A stretch of 64,000 bases of DNA. Source: Candidatus Latescibacterota bacterium. GTDB taxonomy: Bacteria > Latescibacterota > UBA2968 > GCA-2709665. The stretch lies in NCBI GenBank assembly GCA_965222075.1, contig OZ244937.1, positions 4,032,001 to 4,096,000 on the forward strand. Direction: 5' to 3'. Below are positions 48,550 to 56,845 of this stretch, piece after piece (the stretch's first letter is position 1; every line of letters begins with the position of its first letter). Both the position numbers and the translations under genes were made by a program. A model generated the notes under the pieces. The model saw only the letters and a program-made list of their open reading frames with translations, had not been told where the DNA came from and made no database searches.

Positions 48550-49653
48550 TCATTCATAAATGTCGAGCGGCTTCCCCAGAACATCGAACCTGGGTTCAAC
48601 ACCCAGGCCGGGGGCTTCCGGTGCAAAGAGCTTTCCCGATTCGACTGCCGGGCCTGGGCAGCCCGTGGAGATCGTGGTGTAGTTGTGCAGGTCCGTCGAG
48701 CTCATCAGAAGCTCCTGCGGCGTGGAAACCGCCAGATGTGCATGCGCAGCCGTTACGATCTCTCCTCCCCACACATCCTCGATCACCAGCGCGATCCCAT
48801 GTTCCACACACAGATCTCGAATCCGGCGAGACTTCGTCAGTCCACCCTCCCTCGAGACCTTGATGCTGAGGACCTCTGCGGCCCGATCTGCGATCATCCG
48901 TTCGACCATTCGAATATTCCCCACGCATTCGTCGAGTTTCATCGGATGGCTTGTGCTGCGCCGAACATGCAAACACGCCTCATAGGTAAGACAGGGCTGT
49001 TCTACATAGAAGTCCAGGTCTTGTACCGCACGCACAACGCGAACGGCTTCATCCATACGCCAACCCGTGTTGGCATCCACAAATGCGCGTTCTCCCGGCT
49101 TTAGATTGGGAACAGTAGCGCGAATTCGTTCGATATCCTCATCGGGGTCCGAGCCCACCTTGATCTGGAATACCCTGTACCCGGCTTCCCGGTATTTTTG
49201 CATCTCGCCCGCCATCGCATCGGGCGCAGCCTGAGGAACCACCCGGTATATCGGTGCGTACTCTGAGAGTTTCCCTCCCAATAGCATGTAGACGGGAAGA
49301 CCCGTGCTTTTGCCAAGGATATCCCAGCAGGCGGCATCGAAGGCGGACTTGGCGTATCCATGCCCTTTCAGGACTTCATCCATAATACGTTCAATTCGCC
49401 CGATCTGCCGCGGATCTTCTCCCAGTAACGCCCGGGCCAAACGCGGCGCCGCAGACCGGACGCCTTCCGGGTATGCCTCTGCGTAATTGCCTTCCATCGG
49501 GCAGCATTCGCCACACCCATAGACACCGGCGTCCGTTTCAATGGTGACCACCGTTGTATCGCCAACTTCAAAAACGCGCCCGGGCCCCCACGTGTAAGCC
49601 CCCCCAACATATGGAAGACCCGTGCGATAAACGGCAACTCGACTGATTCGCAC
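48550..49653 (-). CDS. Enolase superfamily protein of the cis-3-hydroxyproline dehydratase (LhpI)/hydroxyproline-betaine epimerase (HpbD) type
   Basis: GECCP..NY..AYPEG, LKGHGYAKSAFDAACWDILGK, FQIKVG, VDANTGW, YVEQPC, KLDE, IEDVWGGEI. Confidence 0.8.
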   Translation of the reverse strand: MRISRVAVYRTGLPYVGGAYTWGPGRVFEVGDTTVVTIETDAGVYGCGECCPMEGNYAEAYPEGVRSAAPRLARALLGEDPRQIGRIERIMDEVLKGHGYAKSAFDAACWDILGKSTGLPVYMLLGGKLSEYAPIYRVVPQAAPDAMAGEMQKYREAGYRVFQIKVGSDPDEDIERIRATVPNLKPGERAFVDANTGWRMDEAVRVVRAVQDLDFYVEQPCLTYEACLHVRRSTSHPMKLDECVGNIRMVERMIADRAAEVLSIKVSREGGLTKSRRIRDLCVEHGIALVIEDVWGGEIVTAAHAHLAVSTPQELLMSSTDLHNYTTISTGCPGPAVESGKLFAPEAPGLGVEPRFDVLGKPLDIYE

Positions 49654-49659
49654 GACGCA

Positions 49660-50991
49660 TCACCCCGCACAAAGTGTCAGTGTCTCAAGCAACTCGACAC
49701 TGGTATCGGCCCACAGCCCTGCGGTCCCTTTTGGCGCGCGGACGTGCCGACAGAGCCTGGTCTCATAGCTTCCCTCGTCGAGTGCCCGATCGGTTGCTAC
49801 GTAGCCCACGGAACCATTCGCCAGTCCCACGACCATCGTCTGACCCATGGAAGATCGGGCCTTGATGTCCAGCCCCACCTCGGCAAACACCTCTCCGTGC
49901 AGTCCGACAATCCCCAGATCGCCAATCCGCAGCGCTTGAACGGGGATGTCCCACTCCGACGCGCTTTCGTTGAGAAGAACGATCTCGCGCGCATATACCC
50001 ACTCCGTGTCGCCCCAGTTCTCGCCGGACGCATACAGTTCCCTGGCCGAGGCAAGCTCCTCGGCAGTCGGTGTCCTTGCGCGGAAGGGAATCCGCCTCAG
50101 GATTGCTCCCAGGGCGATATCCGATTTGAAGTCATCCTCCCGGAGCAAATTCCATTGTTTCCATGCCTCCGCCGCGACGACGTTGCCCACCCGCTCAATC
50201 TCGCCATAGGCGTGCGTGGGACGCCGGGCGGGACGGGTAAAATCGCAATTGTTTATGTCGCCCTGGCATCCGTTGGCCATACTGGCAACAAACTCCCCTC
50301 CGGCCATCCGCTGGAGAGCAGCGCCGAAAGCACTGAAGTAGTCAGCAGACACCCAACTCCCCTGAGACGTACCCACGTAGTGCAGACTCAGGTTCGCATA
50401 CACCGCAACAGGATGCCGTCCCGTCGACTCACGGATCACCAGCAGGCCCAACTGGGGATCCGTCGGCCCCGCCGGCCTGATTGCATCCGGATTCTCGTAC
50501 CCCGGGTTCATGCGAACCGAACCGTCCACCATGTGCCAGCGACGGTTATGGACCTCTTCGCCGCAGTTCCCCGACGCGTGCGCCGCCTCGGCGGGAACTT
50601 GGTCCCGGGCTGCCATAAGCATCGCATCGGCGATCCTCGGGATGAGGGACTCCGCATACGCCGGCTCATCGGGCGTACCCAGTGCGCCCACCGCGCTGGG
50701 TGCCGTATGCGTATGCGTTGACGATATCAGCACATGATCGGGTGGAATCCCCGTCTGCTCATTGATCCGGGCCTTGGCAGCTTCAACCACGCGAACCGGA
50801 ACATCAATCAGATCACAGGTTATCAGCCCCAGGGTCATCTCCCCGTCACTTAACGCAACCGCTCTCGCATACAGCTCATCGTAGATGCGATCGGCCGTCC
50901 GATCTTGGAAACTGCCGACGAGGTGACACCCCAGGTTCGGCGTGATATTTGTCTTTGCCGCTCCCGCCTTCAACGTTCCCATCGTTGCCAT
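49660..50991 (-). CDS. Neutral/alkaline ceramidase-like metallohydrolase of unknown substrate
   Basis: GAAKTNITP, STHTHTAP, NRR, GPTDP, ANLSLHY, SADYF, NGCQGDIN, GEVF, LANGSVGY, EGSYE. Confidence 0.8.
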   Translation of the reverse strand: MATMGTLKAGAAKTNITPNLGCHLVGSFQDRTADRIYDELYARAVALSDGEMTLGLITCDLIDVPVRVVEAAKARINEQTGIPPDHVLISSTHTHTAPSAVGALGTPDEPAYAESLIPRIADAMLMAARDQVPAEAAHASGNCGEEVHNRRWHMVDGSVRMNPGYENPDAIRPAGPTDPQLGLLVIRESTGRHPVAVYANLSLHYVGTSQGSWVSADYFSAFGAALQRMAGGEFVASMANGCQGDINNCDFTRPARRPTHAYGEIERVGNVVAAEAWKQWNLLREDDFKSDIALGAILRRIPFRARTPTAEELASARELYASGENWGDTEWVYAREIVLLNESASEWDIPVQALRIGDLGIVGLHGEVFAEVGLDIKARSSMGQTMVVGLANGSVGYVATDRALDEGSYETRLCRHVRAPKGTAGLWADTSVELLETLTLCAG

Positions 50992-51128
50992 TCCTCTCCT
51001 CAGATGTGTGCGTGTCCTTCACTCGCCTCCCTCGGAAAAGCTCAGCCGCGCCCCGGTAGCGGCGTCGGCTGGAGCGAATAGAAAAATTCTGGGAGTTATT
51101 TCTTAACATCGACCTTCGGACCTGATGT

Positions 51129-52763
51129 TTAAGACACTGCCGATGATACAAATTCCGTCGGCATCGGCTTGAATTGGCACCCTTCCACGAACACTTCGAA
51201 GAAATCCGGTGTCGTCTCCAGTTCGATATGTTCGATCTCTTTCACCAGCGCCTCTATGGACTCGCGTCTTTTCCGGGAAAGCAGCACTTCTCTGGCCCCC
51301 TGAACCGCCGCATTCCCGATTTTCACAATCCGATCTTCGGCCACCGGGACCAGAAACCCGATCTCAATCGCATTTTGAACATTCACATAATTGGCGAACC
51401 CCCCGGCCAGAAAAAGCTTGCCGATATCCGCCGGATTGATGCCAAAATGCCGCATCACGATAAACTGACCGCAATAATTCGCCGCCTTGGCCTGCGCCAG
51501 ATTGCTGGCATCTTCCCGGGACAACGTAATCCCGTACTCGGGCACAACCGTCATCTCATAAGACCTATCCGTAAACATCCCCTTGGGCTTCATACGGCCG
51601 TGCCGTCGAAGCTCCGCCAGCAGATCGATCAAACCGGAGCCACAGATCCCTTGCGGTTGCACATCGCCGATTGTTCGATACACAATCTCATCGTCTTCTA
51701 TGCGGATTGACTCAATCGCACCTTCATAACCCGGCATCCCGTACTGAATCAGCCCGCCCTCAAACGCAGGCCCGGCCGGGCAGGAAGCCGTCAGCAGCCG
51801 CCCCGGGTGTCCCACCACCACCTCCGTATTGGTCCCCACATCCACCAGCATCACCACACCTTCCTGAGACGCCATATCCATCGCCACCAGGTCGGCTGCC
51901 GTATCCGCCCCTACATGGCTGGCAATCAGCGGCATCCCGTAGACCTTCCCCTTCGGATTTGCCCGCAGCCCCAGGCGCCGCGTGCCTTCAAGCAGCGACG
52001 TCGTCTCCCGTTCGCCCGCAAGATACGCATGCTCCACCCCGGACTTATAAGGTTTCTGACCGATGCCCTGCACATCCAGCTTAAAAAAAATATCGCGCAT
52101 CGTGGAATTGCCCGCTACGACCACCTCGTAAATCTCCTGACGGACAAACCCGAAGCGTTTCCCCAGCTCCAGGATTTCGTGGTTGAGCGCATTCACAATC
52201 GCCTTCTGCAACTCCCCCTGAAACTCTCCATCGTAAGAAATCCGGTGCATTACATCGCTGCCTCCGAACCGCTGGGGGTTCTCGAAGGAACTGACGTGAA
52301 CACTCTTTCCCGTCTCCAAGTCCACCAGGTCCATCACCACCGTTGTGGTGCCCAGATCCATCGCAATCCCGTACAGGTGCCCGCGGTACGTATCGACCAC
52401 CTCGCCGTCGTAAAAAACAACATCCCCCCGGCGTGTGACCAGGGGGGCCGATTCAACGGGTTTTTCCCGCGTGACGGAAAGGATCTTGGGGGTGCGCCTC
52501 AGAGGCGAGAATTGGATATCAACCCCGGCGTCTTCAACCACCACCTGGCAGGCAAGGCGGTAGTTCTCCCGCAAAAACGACTCCGCATCGGTCCGGGGCC
52601 CCAGCGCCTCCATCCCCCGCTTGATCTCAACCACACACTCGTGACAGTGCCCGGTGCGCCCGCAGGAGGTGGGCACCTGGACCGCCAGTTCATCCGCATA
52701 GTCAAAAACCGTCTTCCCGGCTACAAGGTCACATGCCTTGCCATCGTGAGATATTGTACCCAT
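51129..52763 (-). CDS. Reductive activator of corrinoid proteins (RACE/RamA-type, DUF4445/ASKHA ATPase with N-terminal 2Fe-2S domain)
   Basis: CGRTGHCHEC...LACQ ferredoxin motif; DLGTTT, NPQRFGGSDV, DVGTNTE, CPAGPAFEG, GICGSG, LAGGF, IGNAA. Confidence 0.92.
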   Translation of the reverse strand: MGTISHDGKACDLVAGKTVFDYADELAVQVPTSCGRTGHCHECVVEIKRGMEALGPRTDAESFLRENYRLACQVVVEDAGVDIQFSPLRRTPKILSVTREKPVESAPLVTRRGDVVFYDGEVVDTYRGHLYGIAMDLGTTTVVMDLVDLETGKSVHVSSFENPQRFGGSDVMHRISYDGEFQGELQKAIVNALNHEILELGKRFGFVRQEIYEVVVAGNSTMRDIFFKLDVQGIGQKPYKSGVEHAYLAGERETTSLLEGTRRLGLRANPKGKVYGMPLIASHVGADTAADLVAMDMASQEGVVMLVDVGTNTEVVVGHPGRLLTASCPAGPAFEGGLIQYGMPGYEGAIESIRIEDDEIVYRTIGDVQPQGICGSGLIDLLAELRRHGRMKPKGMFTDRSYEMTVVPEYGITLSREDASNLAQAKAANYCGQFIVMRHFGINPADIGKLFLAGGFANYVNVQNAIEIGFLVPVAEDRIVKIGNAAVQGAREVLLSRKRRESIEALVKEIEHIELETTPDFFEVFVEGCQFKPMPTEFVSSAVS

Positions 52764-52771
52764 GCGACGGT

Positions 52772-53056
52772 CTATTCCCCAGCTTCAATGAAGGCGCCCT
52801 CACCCGCCTCCGTCTCCCAGGCGCTGCGATAGTCCAGCTTGTCCCCACCACACATCAGCAGTTTGCCTCCCGGACGGGGCTTCCTCTGGTTCCTGCAACC
52901 AAACTCGGCCGTACATTCGTCGAAGCGATTCTTATAAGGACACCGCCGGGTGGAAAGTTCATCGGCATGGGCCACCATGCCGGCGAACAAGTCTGTAATC
53001 TTATCCAGCCGCTTTTGATATTCCTCTTTGTCAATTTTTTGCATCGTTGGGCTCAC
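52772..53056 (-). CDS. Small uncharacterised 4-Cys protein
   Basis: Overlaps the stop of the corrinoid gene and ends 8 bp before the activator gene; RCPYKNRFDECTAEFGC-x14-C. Confidence 0.75.
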   Translation of the reverse strand: MSPTMQKIDKEEYQKRLDKITDLFAGMVAHADELSTRRCPYKNRFDECTAEFGCRNQRKPRPGGKLLMCGGDKLDYRSAWETEAGEGAFIEAGE

Positions 53057-53838
53057 GCATTAGATTTGACCTCTTCCTCTTGCTCCTCAAGCAACTGCTT
53101 GGCCAGGGCCACGCACGCCATCGCATCCTTGCCGTACCCGTCCGCGCCCATATCGTCCGCAAACTCCTGCGTTACCGGCGCGCCTCCCACCATAATCTTG
53201 ACATCCTCCCGCATATCCGCATCGATAAACGCCTCGATGGTCCTGCCCATATTGGGCATTGTCGTTGTCAGCAGCGCCGACATCCCCAGCAGGGGCGCCC
53301 CGTGCTCCTCCACCGCATCCATAAACTCGTCCTCCGACGTGTCCACCCCCAGGTCGTGGACGACAAACCCGGTGCCTCGAAGCATCATAATGCAGAGATT
53401 CTTTCCGATATCGTGCAAATCCCCTTTCACCGTGCCCATAATCACCGTACCGATCGGCTCGATGCCCGACGCGGACAGAATCGGTTCAATATACGCCATA
53501 CCGGCCTTCATCGCCCGGGCGCAGGCCAGCACTTCTGGTACAAAAATAAAGTTCTCTCTAAATTTGATTCCGACGATCCCCATTCCCGCAACCAACCCGT
53601 CGTCCATAATTTCCAGCGCTTCGGTGCCCCCCTCTAAGGCCGCTTTGGTCAACCGGTCTACGGTATGGTGTTCTCCGTCGATCAGCGCCGCGCCAATCGC
53701 CTGCATCGCGGGGCTGGCAGTGGCAAATATATTGATCGTCCGCTTCCGCTCGTCCTCCCGCTCGATAAACTCCTCAATCTCATCCCGGATGAATTCATTT
53801 TCGATATCCGTAATTTCCGCCATTCTTTCCCTCGTCAT
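53053..53838 (-). CDS. Corrinoid (B12-binding) methyl-carrier protein with acidic N-terminal extension
   Basis: Cap domain GLVAGMGIVG..F....FVPEVL; DxHxxG in GTVKGDLHDIGKN; SALLTTT; KIMVGGAPV. Confidence 0.95.
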   Translation of the reverse strand: MTRERMAEITDIENEFIRDEIEEFIEREDERKRTINIFATASPAMQAIGAALIDGEHHTVDRLTKAALEGGTEALEIMDDGLVAGMGIVGIKFRENFIFVPEVLACARAMKAGMAYIEPILSASGIEPIGTVIMGTVKGDLHDIGKNLCIMMLRGTGFVVHDLGVDTSEDEFMDAVEEHGAPLLGMSALLTTTMPNMGRTIEAFIDADMREDVKIMVGGAPVTQEFADDMGADGYGKDAMACVALAKQLLEEQEEEVKSNA

Positions 53839-53843
53839 TCTGA

Positions 53844-53876
53844 CCTGCCTGTCGAGCCGAGCTCGGCGCAGGCAGG
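53844..53876. repeat. 33-bp palindromic dispersed repeat
   Basis: CCTGCCTGTCGAGCCGAGCTCGGCGCAGGCAGG, 31/33 identical to 56797-56829. Confidence 0.8.
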
Positions 53877-53949
53877 AAACAGACTATCCGTGTTCATTTG
53901 TGTTCATGATCGAATTACTCGCCTTCATCTGTGGTTGTTTTTCCCTGCC

Positions 53950-54996
53950 TCAATTCGCCGCATGCTCCTTATGCCAGCTCCGCACCGCCCTGGGAATCTC
54001 CTTGAGGTTCTCAATCGAGGTCTGCAGCGGAATCGCGCACTCCGGGCCGACAAGCTGCACGCCGGCATCCAAGTTCTTGTAGACCTCCTGCCGGACCTCT
54101 TTCGGCCCTTTTGAAAACAGCGTCTCAGGATTGTTGATATTGCCTACCAGGGAAATCCGCTCCTTCACCACCTGCATGGACTCCTGGGGTTCGTTCTTGG
54201 AGTCATAATGAAACGCCGCCATCCCCGTCTGGGCGATGTACTCCATCCGGTCCACCGTCCGCCCGCAGATATGCAGAATCAGCGGAATCGGAATCCGCTC
54301 CACGAACTCAATGTGCAGGTCGCGTAAATACCGCTTGTAATAGTCGCCGCTCACCAGATCCCCGGTCGCGTGGTCCGGCAGCGTCAGCGCATCGGCGCCC
54401 GCCTCGATCTGCGCCACCCCGAACGCCACGGTCGCTTCCTTCATCTTATCCAGACAGGCCTTTGTCTTGTCCGGATCGTCTAAGGACATCAGCAGGAAAG
54501 GCTCCACTCCGAAACAGTGGTAGCCCAGCGACCAGGGCCCCATCGTCTTTCCAATCACGGCCACCTCATCTCCGAATTCCACCTTGAGCATTTTGATCGC
54601 ATCCAGCACGCATTTCGTATCCTGATGTGTCAGAAGGTCCGGCGGAATCCGGATATCGTCCACATCCTCCCAGATCGGTTCGCGCATCTTCACCGTCGGC
54701 CAGTTGTCCTTCTGTTCCCACTGAATCTTGCACCCCAGCGCCGAAGACTCCTGGATAATCGTAAACACCGGCATAATGGTATCAAACCCCAATTCGGTAT
54801 GTCCGGTAGCCGCTAAGCGGGCCATCAACTCCGGATCCCGATTTGCATCCGGAAACGGCGCATCCACCAAGTCCATGAGTTCCACCGTCGCCACGGACGT
54901 GGGATTGCAAACCGCCGTCCGGTCCACCGGTTCTCTGCTCAGCGCAGCTAAGACGCGTTCTCGGCCGGCCATCGGCTTTACAGGCTGCGTATCCAT
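53950..54996 (-). CDS. MtaA/CmuA-family (UroD-fold) corrinoid methyltransferase
   Basis: ERVLAAL...VDR, FPDANRDPELMARLA, GPWSL, AQIEAGAD; Zn ligands LHICG and GPEC; LVGNINN. Confidence 0.9.
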   Translation of the reverse strand: MDTQPVKPMAGRERVLAALSREPVDRTAVCNPTSVATVELMDLVDAPFPDANRDPELMARLAATGHTELGFDTIMPVFTIIQESSALGCKIQWEQKDNWPTVKMREPIWEDVDDIRIPPDLLTHQDTKCVLDAIKMLKVEFGDEVAVIGKTMGPWSLGYHCFGVEPFLLMSLDDPDKTKACLDKMKEATVAFGVAQIEAGADALTLPDHATGDLVSGDYYKRYLRDLHIEFVERIPIPLILHICGRTVDRMEYIAQTGMAAFHYDSKNEPQESMQVVKERISLVGNINNPETLFSKGPKEVRQEVYKNLDAGVQLVGPECAIPLQTSIENLKEIPRAVRSWHKEHAAN

Positions 54997-55065
54997 AATG
55001 TGATCTCCTGGCCTGAAATCCATGATCCTTACCATGTTGTTTCGCGGCCCCACCCCTCACATCCC

Positions 55066-55090
55066 AGGGCGCACGGCTGTGCGCCCCTAC
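55066..55090 (-). repeat. GTAG-type REP palindrome
   Basis: Minus strand GTAGGGGCGCACAGCCGTGCGCCCT. Its TAG is the stop codon of the 55087-55716 gene. Confidence 0.65.
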
Positions 55091-55716
55091 TGTTGCTGGC
55101 TTGGCGCCGCCAGAACACCGCGGGATGCCGTCATCTCTTGCTCCCGAATCGCCGCCCGAACGTTCGGTGCTCGAACCAGCAGCAATCCCACCATCTCATC
55201 GTGGGCGTGCCCGCAGGAAAAGGCGGCCCTGTCCACACTCTGGTCCAGCATCTCTCCAAGCTTGATCAACCCGCCCGTAATCGCCGAAATCCGCCGCTCC
55301 CTGTCCTTCCCGTCTCCTTCGGCGCCCACCTGGTAGCCCCCGTCCCCAAGGCTGGAAACCGTTATCTTCAGCCCGGATTTCTTATCTAAGATCCCCAAGG
55401 GCCGGGCTTCGGCCTCGCTGTCCGGACCCAGCTTGCACGCCTCTAAGAAAACCCGCTTGCAGGCCAGTTCGTGCTCCGCCCCGCAGGGAAACCGGAGCAG
55501 CCCCTCCGGCGTCTGCTCCATCCCGCCCAGCGCCTCCATGGTTTTCACCACAGACGCAATCCGACCCTCAGCCCCTTCCAGATGGCTGTACGTATGGACC
55601 AGGTACGCCGGTCCTCCATCCTGCTCCTGGCGGTAGAGCGCGATCGTAATATCGTGGAAATGCGGGTCCATCGGGACCAGTTCAATCCGTCTGCCGATAT
55701 CAACTGTCTGTCCCAT
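55087..55716 (-). CDS. Uncharacterised protein with two internal FxCGxxH repeats; first gene of the methyltransferase operon
   Basis: GAGG RBS before MGQTVDIG; internal duplication RI...LGxM...FxCGxxH. Confidence 0.8.
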   Translation of the reverse strand: MGQTVDIGRRIELVPMDPHFHDITIALYRQEQDGGPAYLVHTYSHLEGAEGRIASVVKTMEALGGMEQTPEGLLRFPCGAEHELACKRVFLEACKLGPDSEAEARPLGILDKKSGLKITVSSLGDGGYQVGAEGDGKDRERRISAITGGLIKLGEMLDQSVDRAAFSCGHAHDEMVGLLLVRAPNVRAAIREQEMTASRGVLAAPSQQQ

Positions 55717-55814
55717 AACGCGATCCTCTGATAACACTTCCTGCTGACAGCGTGCCTATATTTTTCTTGACAGCACGGAACCAAGTCCGCTATTTTTAGT
55801 CAACATTGTGCTGA

Positions 55815-55825
55815 TGGTCTGACCA
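55815..55825. promoter_or_regulatory. FadR-subfamily GntR operator
   Basis: TGGTCTGACCA palindrome in the divergent promoter region between the operon and the GntR gene. Confidence 0.7.
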
Positions 55826-55961
55826 ATTTTAACAATAAAGATTAACCCAAAACCGGGGAATTGTAAAGCGAAATTTCAGGGTTTGAATTGAAAATTTGAG
55901 CTTCTCAACAGAAATCATACATATATAACTGAAAAATAGAAACTTATGTGAGGAATTCTAA

Positions 55962-56738
55962 ATGGCTCTCAACACGCAAAAACAGAAAAACCCGGCATTC
56001 GAAGAGATGAAGCCGGTCACACGAACCTCGCTCAGCGACGAGATCGTTGCCCAGATCGTCGACCTGATCTCCCGGGATGTGCTCAAACCGGGAGACCGGC
56101 TGCCGCCCGAAAGAGAACTCTGCAAACAATTCGATGTGGGCCGCACCTCCCTGCGGGAAGCGCTCCGTTCCCTCGCCGTCATGGGCATCCTGGAAGGCCG
56201 GGTCGGCGAAGGCACCTTTGTAAGCAACAACAGCAGCAAATACCTGGAAAAATCCCTGCAATGGGGCCTGCTGTTGGACACAAAAAAAGTCCAGGACCTC
56301 ATCGAAACCCGCCTCATGCTGGAATCCCAGACCGCGTTTCTGGCCGCACAGCGGGCCACAAAAGAAAACCTCCGGGAAATCCAGCAGACCATCCGGGGAA
56401 TCGAAGCCTCTCTCGATCAACCCAAGAAATTCCTGGAATATGACTTACGGTTCCACCTGACCATCGCCCGGTCCACGCAGAATTCGATCCTCTACAACCT
56501 CCTCAGCATGATCCGCAGTTATCTCCAGGAGTGGATCAAGAACAGCCTGGAAGAACCCTCAACGCATACAATGGAAATACGCGCCCGAATGTCTCTGGAC
56601 GAACACAAAAAAATCCTGCAATCCCTCCAAGCCCGTGATGCCGAAGGCGCACGGCAGGCCATGAATGAACATATTCTCTCCAGCAGCGTTGACCTTCAGA
56701 CGCAGATCACAGAAAACGCCGGAGACGATCCGGAGTGA
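55962..56738 (+). CDS. FadR/GntR-family transcriptional regulator (FCD domain)
   Basis: LKPGDRLPPERELCKQFDVGRTSLREAL, GEGTFV, DLRFH, EHKKIL. Confidence 0.95.
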   Translation: MALNTQKQKNPAFEEMKPVTRTSLSDEIVAQIVDLISRDVLKPGDRLPPERELCKQFDVGRTSLREALRSLAVMGILEGRVGEGTFVSNNSSKYLEKSLQWGLLLDTKKVQDLIETRLMLESQTAFLAAQRATKENLREIQQTIRGIEASLDQPKKFLEYDLRFHLTIARSTQNSILYNLLSMIRSYLQEWIKNSLEEPSTHTMEIRARMSLDEHKKILQSLQARDAEGARQAMNEHILSSSVDLQTQITENAGDDPE

Positions 56739-56796
56739 AAAGACGGATCGGGTATGCCAGAACCCTGACCGGTCCCACCATTAGGCACACGCGTCG

Positions 56797-56829
56797 CCTG
56801 CCTGTCGAGCAGAACTCGGCGCAGGCAGG
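56797..56829. repeat. 33-bp palindromic dispersed repeat
   Basis: CCTGCCTGTCGAGCAGAACTCGGCGCAGGCAGG. Confidence 0.8.
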
Positions 56830-56845
56830 GCATCCGGCGCAGGTG

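Noticed and set aside
51127-51140. TTTAAGACA at the activator stop as the right end of a composite element starting at 48451
   Set aside because: Only a 9-bp match, part of it the stop codon, and no target duplication was seen; too weak to call.
53053-54996. Calling the pair cmuA (chloromethane utilisation) or mtaAC (methanol)
   Set aside because: CmuA is a fused two-domain protein and no mtaB is present; the substrate cannot be assigned from motifs.
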